Assembly: GCA_966210575.1 (NCBI GenBank)
Contig: CBIHLI010000001.1
Span: 1-62,404 of the forward strand
Direction: 5' to 3'
Source: an uncultured Sphingomonas sp.
Lineage (GTDB): Bacteria > Pseudomonadota > Alphaproteobacteria > Sphingomonadales > Sphingomonadaceae
DNA: 62,404 nt
The translations under genes and the position numbers were made by a program. Shown one piece after another: positions 28,607 to 37,868 of this stretch. Numbering within the stretch: position 1 is the stretch's first letter; every line of letters begins with the position of its first letter. The notes under the pieces were generated by a model. That model had not been told where the DNA came from. It ran no database searches and was given only the letters and a program-made list of their open reading frames with translations.

Positions 28607-30282
28607 TGGATCTGGTCTCAGGCGGCCTTCCGGCCGGCACCATCGCGTCCAGCGTGGGCGCCGCACCGAAGGCTCAGGCTTCGACGGGAATCATGTCGCT
28701 CGGGGCATCGCCCTATCACGCCTCCTCCTACGGCACTCAGGACCTGGCGGGGTGGCATCCGTCCAACCGGGCACCGGATGCCGAAGTGCTCCAGAGCCGG
28801 GATAAGGTTGTCGCCCGGGCCCGGGACCTCGATCGCAACAATGGCTGGGCGCAGGGCGGTGTCACCCGGCGCGTCGATGCCGTTGTCGGCGCCGACATCA
28901 GGCTGCGCGCGACTCCCGACTTTGCCGCGATGGGCATGTCAGCCGAATGGGCCGATGAATGGTCTCGTCAGGTGGAATCGCTGTGGCGATGCTGGGCCCG
29001 GGATCCTCGGATGCTTTGCGACGTCGAGCGCCATTTGCAATTCGGCGGCCTGGTTCGGCTCGCCTATCAGCATTATTGCATCGACGGCGAGGCGGCGGCG
29101 CCGATCTATTTCATCGATGACCGCGGCGGCATGATGTCGACGGCGGTTCTGGTCCTGGATCCCGACCGGCTTTCCAACCCGGACGGTCGCCCCGACGGGC
29201 GCCAGCTCGACGGCACCGACTTGAGGGGAGGCGTCGAACTCGACCGCTATGGCGCCGCCCGTGCCTATTGGGTGCGCAATGGTCACCCCAGCGACGTCGG
29301 CGCGACATGGGACAATCATCGCTGGACCCGGATTCCTCGCGAAGGACCGAGCGGCCGGCCGCTGTTCGTCCATGCGATCAACAAGCGGCGGGCCCATCAA
29401 CACCGCTCCATGGGGCTCCTGACGGCCGTCATGGGCCGGATGAAGATGCTGGACCGCTACGACCAGACCGAGCTTCAGGCCGCGATCACGAACGCCATCT
29501 TCGGGCTCTACGTCACGAGCCCGTTCGACAGCGATTTCGTCCGTCAAGCTCTCGCACCCGACAGCGACGAGACCGGCTTCGACCTCGACAATTACCAGTC
29601 GATGCGGATGGCCTATCACGAGCAAGCGGATGTGCGGCTCAATGGCGTTCGCCTCGCCCATCTTTTCCCGAACGAGAAGATCGAGGCGGTCAGCGCCAAC
29701 CGGCCGGCGACTAATTTCGCGGGTTTCGAGAATGCGGTTCTCGGCTCGATCGCTTCTGCCCTCGGCATCAGCCGGGAGCAGCTTTCCCAGGACTGGACCG
29801 GGATCAATTATTCCTCGGCCCGGACCCTGCTCAACGAGATCTGGCGCGGCCTGACAGCCGATCGCCATCTCTTCACGCAGGCCTTTTGCACGCCGATCTA
29901 CTCGTCTTGGCTCGAGGAAGCGGTTGCACGGGACCTGATCGAGGTGCCCGGCGGCAAGGTGAATTTCTATCTCTATCGAGCCGCGCTCTGCCAGGCCAAG
30001 TGGCTGGGTCCCGGCAAGGGCTGGGTCGATCCGAAGAAGGAGGCCGAGGCCGCCGAGATCCGGATGCGGCTTGGTCTTTCCAGCCAGGATGGCGAGTGTG
30101 CCGAACAGGGCCAGGACGCCGACGAGGTGCGCTGGCAGCGCAAGCGCGACCAGGAAGAGGAACGGAAATACGGCCTCGGTCAAACCGAGCCGCTGGGCAA
30201 TGCCGGCGGCGGTGATGACGACGCCGAGGATCCCGACCAGGCTGATCGTGAAGAACAGAGGCAGGCGGGAGGCCGGGAATGA
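28603..30282 (+). CDS. Portal protein, lambda family
   Basis: RARDLDRNN, GVELD..GA..AYW, NYSSAR, WVDPKKE. Confidence 0.95.
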   Translation: MMDLVSGGLPAGTIASSVGAAPKAQASTGIMSLGASPYHASSYGTQDLAGWHPSNRAPDAEVLQSRDKVVARARDLDRNNGWAQGGVTRRVDAVVGADIRLRATPDFAAMGMSAEWADEWSRQVESLWRCWARDPRMLCDVERHLQFGGLVRLAYQHYCIDGEAAAPIYFIDDRGGMMSTAVLVLDPDRLSNPDGRPDGRQLDGTDLRGGVELDRYGAARAYWVRNGHPSDVGATWDNHRWTRIPREGPSGRPLFVHAINKRRAHQHRSMGLLTAVMGRMKMLDRYDQTELQAAITNAIFGLYVTSPFDSDFVRQALAPDSDETGFDLDNYQSMRMAYHEQADVRLNGVRLAHLFPNEKIEAVSANRPATNFAGFENAVLGSIASALGISREQLSQDWTGINYSSARTLLNEIWRGLTADRHLFTQAFCTPIYSSWLEEAVARDLIEVPGGKVNFYLYRAALCQAKWLGPGKGWVDPKKEAEAAEIRMRLGLSSQDGECAEQGQDADEVRWQRKRDQEEERKYGLGQTEPLGNAGGGDDDAEDPDQADREEQRQAGGRE

Positions 30283-31166
30283 GGCGTTTCTCCAATCTGG
30301 CGCAGCGCCTTTTCAACGTCCCGCTGATGCTCCGGCCGGAGAAGGCGGAAATCCTTGTCGCCGCTCTGCTCGATCACCTGGGCGTGGCGAAGCTCGATAG
30401 GATCGATGGCACCACGCTGGGCGCCGCGGAGCTGCGGCGCATGGCTTACGATGAGGTCGACGGCGACCGCCCGACCCGACGGCTCTACAGCCTGAAGGAT
30501 GGCATCGCGACGATCCCGGTCGACGGCACGCTGGTCCACAAGCTCGGGGGCGTCGACCCCTGGTCCGGCATGGTCGGCTACGACCAGCTCGACAAGAAGC
30601 TCACGGCGGCCCGCGAAGATCGCGACGTCAGGGCGATCCTGTTCGATGGCGACACTCCGGGAGGCGAGTCGTCCGGATGCTTCGAGTTCGCCAAGAAAAT
30701 CTATGCGGGCTCCGCCAGGTTCGGCGGCAAGCCGACTTATTGGCTGGTCAACGAAATGACGTGCAGCGCCGGCTATGCCCTGGCCTCATGCTGCGATCGT
30801 ATCGGCGGACCGGAAACGATGGTCACCGGGTCGATCGGCGTCTGGACGATGCTGGCCGATTTCACGAAGCGCCTTTCCAACGATGGCATCAAGGTGACGC
30901 TGCGGCGTGCCGGCGATCGCAAGGCCCGAGGCCATCCGATGGAAGGCTGGGATGACGAGCTTCTCGAGAAGATCGATGCATGGATCGAGGAGTCGCGGCA
31001 GATGTTCGCGACCCTCGTCTCCATGGGTCGCAATATCCCGGTCGAGGATATTCTCGCCACTGAAGGCGACTGGTTTTCCGGTCCCGACGCGCTCGAGCTC
31101 GGCCTGATCGATGCAATCGCCTCACCCGACGCGATGTTCGAGGTGATCCGCGACGAGACCCGCTGA
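30279..31166 (+). CDS. S49 family prohead protease
   Basis: DTPGGE, CSAGYALAS, GSIGV. Confidence 0.92.
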   Translation: MRRFSNLAQRLFNVPLMLRPEKAEILVAALLDHLGVAKLDRIDGTTLGAAELRRMAYDEVDGDRPTRRLYSLKDGIATIPVDGTLVHKLGGVDPWSGMVGYDQLDKKLTAAREDRDVRAILFDGDTPGGESSGCFEFAKKIYAGSARFGGKPTYWLVNEMTCSAGYALASCCDRIGGPETMVTGSIGVWTMLADFTKRLSNDGIKVTLRRAGDRKARGHPMEGWDDELLEKIDAWIEESRQMFATLVSMGRNIPVEDILATEGDWFSGPDALELGLIDAIASPDAMFEVIRDETR

Positions 31167-31210
31167 GGCGGGCCGCGGGCGCGGCGTTTTGATTCAACCA
31201 GGAGGTACGA

Positions 31211-31789
31211 ATGAACAAGCTCCTTGACGGGCTGCGCCTCGGCGCATCCAGCAAGACGGTGGCGCTCAGCGAACTGAGTGCGGACCAGATCATCACCAAT
31301 CTCTCGGACGAGCAGAAGGCGGAACTCGCCGGGAAGCTCGCACCGAAGGCGGAGGAGCCGGTCGCCGATTCCGAGCCGGCCCCGGAGAAGCCGAAGGCCG
31401 AGAGCGAGGAAGCTCCGGCCGACGAAGAGCCCGAGCCCGAGGCCGATGCCGCCGATCCCGAGAGCCCGCAATTCAAGGCCGGCTTCGCTGCGGCCGTCGA
31501 TCGCAACAGCGCCGTTTTCGCTTCCGAGCATTTTGTCGGTCGCGAGAAGGCCGCCGCTTCCCTGCTCGGCAACCAGAAGCTGAGCGCCGACGAAATCATC
31601 TCGGCGCTGGCCGCGCTGCCCAAGGGGAGCAGCGGCAACAACATGCTCGACGGGCTCAAGGGCTCGGCAAACCCGGACCTCCAGCCCGGGTCGGAAGCGA
31701 CGGGCACCAACACTCAACAGGAATCCCGCTCCAGCTGGGACCGCACCTTCGCGAAGCTCGGCTGGGCCACGGAGAAGAAGCCGGCCTGA
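31211..31789 (+). CDS. Capsid scaffolding-like protein
   Basis: Position after protease; acidic linker; GREKAA motif. Confidence 0.65.
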   Translation: MNKLLDGLRLGASSKTVALSELSADQIITNLSDEQKAELAGKLAPKAEEPVADSEPAPEKPKAESEEAPADEEPEPEADAADPESPQFKAGFAAAVDRNSAVFASEHFVGREKAAASLLGNQKLSADEIISALAALPKGSSGNNMLDGLKGSANPDLQPGSEATGTNTQQESRSSWDRTFAKLGWATEKKPA

Positions 31790-31813
31790 TCGCCGGCAAT
31801 TGGGAGAAAGAAG

Positions 31814-32203
31814 ATGGCAGTTATCACCGAAACCACCAAGCGGTCGGGCGCCTACCTGGGCGAGAGCGCCGCTCACAATATCATCAACGAGGAGATCATC
31901 ATCGCTTCCGGCGCTGGTGAGCTCGCGGCCGGCACTGTGCTCGGGCGGATCACCGCAAGCGGCAAATATGTCCCTCACGACGTCGCGCTTGTGAATGGCG
32001 CCCAGGCGGCCGCGGCGATCCTGTTCCACGGCGTCGACGCTACCGCCGCTGACGTCACCACCGTGGCGACCGTTCGCGGTCCCGCAACCATCTTCGAGCC
32101 GTACCTCACGCTCAAAGCGGGCATCGCCGACGCCGACAAGGCTGCGGCTTATGCGGCTCTGCGCGCCAAGGGCATGGCCGTCCTCCCGCAGCACGCCGCC
32201 TGA
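31814..32203 (+). CDS. Head decoration protein (gpD-like)
   Basis: AGTVLGRITASGKY, AILF..VDAT. Confidence 0.88.
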   Translation: MAVITETTKRSGAYLGESAAHNIINEEIIIASGAGELAAGTVLGRITASGKYVPHDVALVNGAQAAAAILFHGVDATAADVTTVATVRGPATIFEPYLTLKAGIADADKAAAYAALRAKGMAVLPQHAA

Positions 32204-32233
32204 TCACGGCGCCTTTCGAAAAGGAATCCTCCG

Positions 32234-33256
32234 ATGCCGATCACTCTCGACATCTTCAACAACGACGCATTCGGCGTCACCACCATGCTGGAACCGGTCA
32301 ACAAGATGCCGTTCCAGCCGAGCTTCCTCGAGCAGTATTTCGATGCCGATCCGGTTTCTACCGATACGGTCGGCGTCGGGCTGAAGCAGGGCCAGCTGGC
32401 CCTGATCCGCACCACGCTTCGCGGTGCGCCGATCGAGGTCGCCGAACCGGACGTGAAGAACGTTCGCCCGTTCATCATCCCGCGCGTCGCCAAGGGTGAC
32501 AAGCTTCGGGCGCACGAGATTTCGAACGTCGTTCCGAACGCCGGCAGCACCGAGCTGGAGACGGTCCAGCAGATCATCGCCCGGAAACAGCAGCGGCTGG
32601 TCCAGGACGCCGAATATACGTTCGAGCACATGCGGCTCGGCGCGGTGCAGGGCAAGGTCGTGGACGCAGACGGCACCACGGTCCTCACCAATTACTGGAC
32701 CGAATGGGGCATCGCGGAACCCGCTGCGATCGACCTCAATTTGGATGCCGCGAGCCCCGTCATGGGCGCTCTGGGCACCCAGATCCGATCCCAGGCTGTC
32801 CGGCCGCTCATCCGGGCCGCCGGCGCCAGCCCAGCCACCCGCCTCATCGGCCTCGCCGGTGACGCGTTCTGGGATGCGCTGATCAGCCATGCCGAGGTCC
32901 GCACCACGTTCTACAACTGGCAGGCGGCGTCGGATCTGCGCAATCAGAGTCCGTTCGAAACCTTCCGGTACGGCGGCGTCGACTGGATCAACTATCGCGG
33001 CTCCGACGACAATTCGGAGATCGCGATCCCGACCGACCAGGCGGTGATCTTCCCCACCAACGTGCCGGGCATGTTCCGCCACGTCATGGGGCCGTTCTCC
33101 GAACAGCTCAGCATGGCGGGGCAGCTCGGGCGCCGGTTCTACCCGCTCATCGTCCGCGACAAGGATCGCGATATGTGGGTCCAGCCGGAGATCTACTCCT
33201 ATCCGCTCATGCTGAACACGCGCCCGGACCTGATCCTGCGCGTCGCCCGCACCTGA
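32234..33256 (+). CDS. Major capsid protein (lambda gpE family)
   Basis: TFEHMRLGAVQGKVVDADG, SYPL..NTRP. Confidence 0.93.
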   Translation: MPITLDIFNNDAFGVTTMLEPVNKMPFQPSFLEQYFDADPVSTDTVGVGLKQGQLALIRTTLRGAPIEVAEPDVKNVRPFIIPRVAKGDKLRAHEISNVVPNAGSTELETVQQIIARKQQRLVQDAEYTFEHMRLGAVQGKVVDADGTTVLTNYWTEWGIAEPAAIDLNLDAASPVMGALGTQIRSQAVRPLIRAAGASPATRLIGLAGDAFWDALISHAEVRTTFYNWQAASDLRNQSPFETFRYGGVDWINYRGSDDNSEIAIPTDQAVIFPTNVPGMFRHVMGPFSEQLSMAGQLGRRFYPLIVRDKDRDMWVQPEIYSYPLMLNTRPDLILRVART

Positions 33257-33281
33257 GCCGATCGTTAGAAGGAGAAAGACG

Positions 33282-33698
33282 ATGGCTTTCAAGGCCAAGG
33301 CCCTCAGGGGCTACACTCTGCACACGCCCGGCGGCTTCGTGATCTTCAACGAAGGGAAGGAAACCGCCAACATCCCCGACGAGTATCGTGCTCGCCTGGA
33401 GCGGAACGGCGTGATTCCGAAAAGCGGCGGATCTACTTCGACGCGCACCAGCGCGCCGAGACGGACCGCCACCCGGACGCCTGCGGCGCGTACCCGCACC
33501 GCGACCGCGGCGCCGGCCGGCGACTTCAACGCCGGCCGGTTCACGGTCACCAAGGCCGAAGGCATCGGCCAGTACCAGATCACCGGCCCGGGGCTCGACG
33601 CTCCGGTGACGGTGAAGGGCAAGGCCAAGACGCAGGCGCGTCTTGACACCCTCAATGCTGATCTGGGCGGCGCCGGCGGCGGCGCTCCGACCGAGTAG
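33282..33698 (+). CDS. Hypothetical head-module protein
   Basis: RBS, position after MCP. Confidence 0.6.
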   Translation: MAFKAKALRGYTLHTPGGFVIFNEGKETANIPDEYRARLERNGVIPKSGGSTSTRTSAPRRTATRTPAARTRTATAAPAGDFNAGRFTVTKAEGIGQYQITGPGLDAPVTVKGKAKTQARLDTLNADLGGAGGGAPTE

Positions 33699-33712
33699 GC
33701 TGAGGGCAGGGG

Positions 33713-34048
33713 ATGGCTGTCGACCTGGAAGCGCTCGACGAGACGCTCAACGGCACCACGTTGACGCTTCTGGGCGACACCATCACCTTCACTCCGTCTG
33801 GCGGCAGCGCCAGGCAATTCAAGGCGATCGTCGACTATGGCGACGAGGCGGAACTGATCAGCGGCTCACGGGTGGTCAAGGGCGATTGCGCCGTGGAGAT
33901 CCCGCTGACTGAAGCGACCAGGACCGAGGCGGCCGGCGCGACCTATGAGCTGCCGAGGCGGCCCGGTGAAGCGTTCCTGGCGAAGAACGTGAGGCTCGAC
34001 GACAGCGGCAAGAACTGGCTCGTCGTGCTTAAGCGGAAACCGGTCTGA
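33713..34048 (+). CDS. Head-tail joining protein (FII-like)
   Basis: Size, position, beta-rich, D.SG.NW.V.L end. Confidence 0.7.
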   Translation: MAVDLEALDETLNGTTLTLLGDTITFTPSGGSARQFKAIVDYGDEAELISGSRVVKGDCAVEIPLTEATRTEAAGATYELPRRPGEAFLAKNVRLDDSGKNWLVVLKRKPV

Positions 34049-34506
34049 TGGCCGGCGAGCCCGCCCTCGACAAGATATTGACCGCCCTGAAGGCGAGCAT
34101 CGTAGCCACGGCGACGACTGTGGATATCGATCGGCCGGAGGATGAGGAGTATGGCAACGCCGAGCTCGACGCGATCAACATCCTTCACAACCGCACGTCC
34201 TACGAGCCCCACAGCCACGGCGAGACCCTTCACCGGGCCAGCGTCGACCTCGACATGATCGTCAGCGTCGAAGCGTCCGCGGCGAACGGCGCCAGGCTTC
34301 GCATATTCGAGGCGGACGTCGTCGCCGCCCTCTTTGTCGATCGCACCCTGGGCGGAGTCGCTCAGGACGTGATCCTGATTTCCAGCGGTGGAGACGAGGA
34401 TGTCCGCGCCGACCATGGCGCCAGGGCCCTTTCCATCGAGATTCTCTATTTGACCCCTCTCGGCGATCACCGGACCATCATCGGTGCCGCCGGGCTCATT
34501 CCCTGA
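34048..34506 (+). CDS. Tail terminator-like protein
   Basis: DRTLGGVAQD motif; precedes tail tube. Confidence 0.72.
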   Translation: MAGEPALDKILTALKASIVATATTVDIDRPEDEEYGNAELDAINILHNRTSYEPHSHGETLHRASVDLDMIVSVEASAANGARLRIFEADVVAALFVDRTLGGVAQDVILISSGGDEDVRADHGARALSIEILYLTPLGDHRTIIGAAGLIP

Positions 34507-34528
34507 TCAGCAACCTAGGAGACCTTAG

Positions 34529-34906
34529 ATGGCCGACCAGAACACGGCTGCCGTGCAGCTGCCGCCCGCCGGTGTCGATTTCAACGCCCTTCATGACGCG
34601 CTCGCCGACGGCGCCACGCCCGAAGAGGCACGCAACGCCGGTGTCATCGCCGAGACGGTCGCGATCTCAGCCGACGAAGCCGCTGCTCGCGCCGCTCAGT
34701 CGATCGCCGAGGCGCCGACTCTTGGAAAGCTCGACAAGGCCGCGCTGATCGACCTCGCCGGCGAGGAGGGCGTCACCCATGCCCGCAATGCCGAGGGCGT
34801 CGTGATCCCGTTCGCCGACGCGACCAACGCCCAGATGCGCGAGGCCATCGAGGCCAGCCGCGCCGGCACGCCCATTCTGCCCGACGCCGAAACCGACGTC
34901 GCGTGA
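34529..34906 (+). CDS. Hypothetical protein
   Basis: RBS AGGAG; LDKAALIDLA small helical motif. Confidence 0.6.
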   Translation: MADQNTAAVQLPPAGVDFNALHDALADGATPEEARNAGVIAETVAISADEAAARAAQSIAEAPTLGKLDKAALIDLAGEEGVTHARNAEGVVIPFADATNAQMREAIEASRAGTPILPDAETDVA

Positions 34907-34932
34907 CCTCAGACGAATAGGAGATTTTCGCC

Positions 34933-36129
34933 ATGGTCGACCTCACCGCCAATTCCTCGCTGGCGATCAAGGCGCAGAGCGCGCCCGCCACTTACGCCGC
35001 GCCGACCAGCGCGGACGCGATCCCCGTCGCGAACCTGTCCTGGCGGCCGACGCCGATCCAGAGCGACAATCCGGAATATCGCGGCTCGATCCACCGGCCG
35101 GGGCCGATCGTTCTCGGTGCCAGCTACGACGTCACCTTCGATATCCTCTTGCGCGGACCGGGCGGCGCCTCGCCCCCGGCGGCCGATGCCTTCATTCCAG
35201 GCCGGGTCCTTCGCGCTCTTGGCTTCACCGAGAACGTCGTCTCCGCGGCGATTCCGGCGGCGGCCGAGGCGCTCACCGCGGGCGGCACCACCACCACGGC
35301 CAATCTCGGCGTCAGCGCCGTCGCGACCGACGATCTCTATACCGGCCTCGCGATCCAGCTCGCCTCGCTGGGGACGATCGGCCAGCCCGCTTCGCTGGCG
35401 ATGATCCGGGATTACATCGGTACCGGTAAGGTCGCCCACATTGCCCAGACCGCCGGCGGCGCCTATTCGGGCAATTACCAAATCCCGAAGCAGCTCGCCT
35501 ACACGCTGGCCGCCACCGGCACCCCGCCGGTGCTCAGCTTCTCGTTGTGGCAGGGCAACCGGCGCTACAACTTCCTCGACATGGCGCCCTCGAGCGCCCG
35601 CCTGATCTTCCCGACCGCATCGCGCGGCGGCGGATCCGATTATCCGCGGCTGAGCTGCACTTTCAGCGGCGACGCCCAGAGCGATCTCGACGAGGCGGCG
35701 CCAGTGGTGACGTCCTCGGTGGCCATCCCTCCGTTCAAGGGCGGTAAGCAGCATGTCAGCGGACTCGCCATGGGCGGATCATCGATCTCGCTGGATCTCG
35801 GTACCCGGGTCGGCTTCCCGCCCAACCCGAACAAGACCAGCGGCTCCGATCCGGCGCAGCTCACCGAGACGCGGCGGACGCTGACCCTGGACCTCAACCA
35901 GGTGTCGAAGAGCTTCCTCGATCTCCAGGCTCTTGCGGCTGCTCAGGCCGAGCACGCCATCCAGCTGCTCTATGGCCTGGCAAGCGGCAATTATGTCGGG
36001 TTCGTCGCCACCCACGCCCGCCTCAACTATCCGGAAGCGCAGGCCGGCGGCGACTTCTTCACCACGCGCGGCGACGCCTATGTCGACGGCGCCGAGAAAA
36101 CGATCGGGCTGACGTTCCCGTACTATTGA
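34933..36129 (+). CDS. Major tail tube protein
   Basis: Position before chaperones and tape measure; Y.APT..DAI N-terminus. Confidence 0.75.
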   Translation: MVDLTANSSLAIKAQSAPATYAAPTSADAIPVANLSWRPTPIQSDNPEYRGSIHRPGPIVLGASYDVTFDILLRGPGGASPPAADAFIPGRVLRALGFTENVVSAAIPAAAEALTAGGTTTTANLGVSAVATDDLYTGLAIQLASLGTIGQPASLAMIRDYIGTGKVAHIAQTAGGAYSGNYQIPKQLAYTLAATGTPPVLSFSLWQGNRRYNFLDMAPSSARLIFPTASRGGGSDYPRLSCTFSGDAQSDLDEAAPVVTSSVAIPPFKGGKQHVSGLAMGGSSISLDLGTRVGFPPNPNKTSGSDPAQLTETRRTLTLDLNQVSKSFLDLQALAAAQAEHAIQLLYGLASGNYVGFVATHARLNYPEAQAGGDFFTTRGDAYVDGAEKTIGLTFPYY

Positions 36130-36153
36130 TCGTCAACATAAGGGGAAACAGAC

Positions 36154-36903
36154 ATGGCGTCCGCGCCTGCATCCTGCGACGAGCTGGAGCGCTTCACTCC
36201 GGCCGTTCTTGCCAACGTACCCGCTCCGCCGGTTTTCCTGCTCAGGCCGGCGAGCGGGCGCGAGCTCAGGCAGTTCGAATATCGGTTGATGGCCGAAGGC
36301 TTAGAGACCCACGGCGCGGACCAATTCCGTGCCGAAATGCTCAAGGCCCTCCAGGCACTTTGGTCGCCAGCCGATTTCGAGCCCAATGCCGCCCGGCTTC
36401 GATCCTATTGGGAACTGCTCGACCAGGGCGGCAATCCGGATCCTGCGGAATCGGAGCATGTCAGCGAACTCACCGGTCGGCTGATCCGCGCCCACCGGCC
36501 GCTCAGCAAGATGGCGGCCGACAACAAGAGGTTCGCCGACGAGTCCGGCCGGATCGCGATCAGCATGTTCACGGTGGGCTGGGAAGGTCTCGATGTCTCC
36601 TACACTCGCGAGAGCGGCGCCGTCCCGCTCGAGAGGATCGATGAGGTCGAGCTAGCCCTGGCCGGCATCGAGAAAAAGGCGAAGGAGAACCGGGTCGAAG
36701 GTGTCGGCGAGGTCGGCACCGCGTTCATGCAGCTCTGCACCGCGGCCTATCTCCGCCTGATGCTTACCAAGGATCAGGAAAAAAACTCACCATCGCCGCC
36801 GCTTTCAGCAGCCGCCCCGAATGGTTCGACGAAGAGACGGTCGAAGCCAACGGGGGCTGCACGATCGAAGGCGCCGGCGAGTTCCGGGTCCGCGACGGCC
36901 TGA
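36154..36903 (+). CDS. Tail assembly chaperone (gpG-like)
   Basis: Position; EKN slippery codons followed by low-complexity tail. Confidence 0.75.
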   Translation: MASAPASCDELERFTPAVLANVPAPPVFLLRPASGRELRQFEYRLMAEGLETHGADQFRAEMLKALQALWSPADFEPNAARLRSYWELLDQGGNPDPAESEHVSELTGRLIRAHRPLSKMAADNKRFADESGRIAISMFTVGWEGLDVSYTRESGAVPLERIDEVELALAGIEKKAKENRVEGVGEVGTAFMQLCTAAYLRLMLTKDQEKNSPSPPLSAAAPNGSTKRRSKPTGAARSKAPASSGSATA

Positions 36904-37145
36904 TCTGGCGCGTCGTCATCGACGGGGCCGGCGTCGAACATCTCGTCTCGACCGGCAAGCGGACCTTCGCCGAACTGGCTGGTCCGCATGATTGTCATCT
37001 CGTCAGGCTTTACCGCAACTGCAGCGGCGGCCTGAGCGGCATCCAGTGGCCCGATGGGCGGCCTTATCTCGACCAGCCCGTGAAGCTGGAACGGGCCTTC
37101 GCGATCATCGGCCGCGTCCTCGAAAGGTACAAGAAAGGCGGCTGA
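36780..37145 (+). CDS. gpT-like extension reached by -1 frameshift at A-AAA-AAC (36780-36786)
   Basis: -1 frame open to TGA 37143-37145, encoding LTIAAAF...WPDGRPYLDQPVKLERAF. Confidence 0.8.
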   Translation, partial: KKLTIAAAFSSRPEWFDEETVEANGGCTIEGAGEFRVRDGLIWRVVIDGAGVEHLVSTGKRTFAELAGPHDCHLVRLYRNCSGGLSGIQWPDGRPYLDQPVKLERAFAIIGRVLERYKKGG

Positions 37146-37146
37146 G

Positions 37147-37866
37147 GTGGCGCGTGGACCGACGATCGGCAGGCCGGGCCAGTTCGCGACTTTCCGCCGG
37201 CACTGCATTCAGCGCCTGGAACGGGCATCCCTGATTTCTACCGATCGGGCGGCGCGTCAGGCTCACCAGCAGATCCGGGCGGCGATGAGCGGGGCTGGCC
37301 TCGGCCGGCTCGGCAACGCCATCGGCTACGGTTCCGATCTAAAGTCGGGGCATGGGGTGAAGCGCAGAGGCGCCGAGGGCTTCAGCTCGAGCGGCTATGT
37401 TTTCATCAAGGGCCGCAACGAGCGGACCGTTGGAGCCATCGAGTCGTATACCGAAGGGGCCGAGATCCGGCCGGTGAGGAGCGCCTGGCTGTGGATCTCG
37501 ACGGATGAAATCAAGCGCAAAGCTGGCCGCTATCGAATGACCCCGGCCCGCTATCGCAGCAGCGGACTTGAACAGAGAATCGGGCCCTTGGTCCAGATCC
37601 CGGGCCGCCACCGCGGCGAGGCGCTGCTCATCGTCCGCAACGTCACTGTCGATCGTTTCGGCCGGCCGGGCAGGGCTCGCCGGCTTCCCAGACGCGGCGC
37701 CATCGGCGGCAGCCGCGAACGCAAGGATTTCATTGTCGCCTTCGTCGGGATCCGGAGCACCAGCCGGGTGGCGCGGGTCGACGTCGACCAGATCGTCTCG
37801 CTCGAACAGGCGAGGCTCCCGGAATACCGGCGAGCCGCCATGCAGAACGACGGTTTTGAAAGGTAG
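37147..37866 (+). CDS. Basic tail-module protein
   Basis: ORF between chaperone and tape measure. Confidence 0.65.
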   Translation: MARGPTIGRPGQFATFRRHCIQRLERASLISTDRAARQAHQQIRAAMSGAGLGRLGNAIGYGSDLKSGHGVKRRGAEGFSSSGYVFIKGRNERTVGAIESYTEGAEIRPVRSAWLWISTDEIKRKAGRYRMTPARYRSSGLEQRIGPLVQIPGRHRGEALLIVRNVTVDRFGRPGRARRLPRRGAIGGSRERKDFIVAFVGIRSTSRVARVDVDQIVSLEQARLPEYRRAAMQNDGFER

Positions 37867-37868
37867 CC

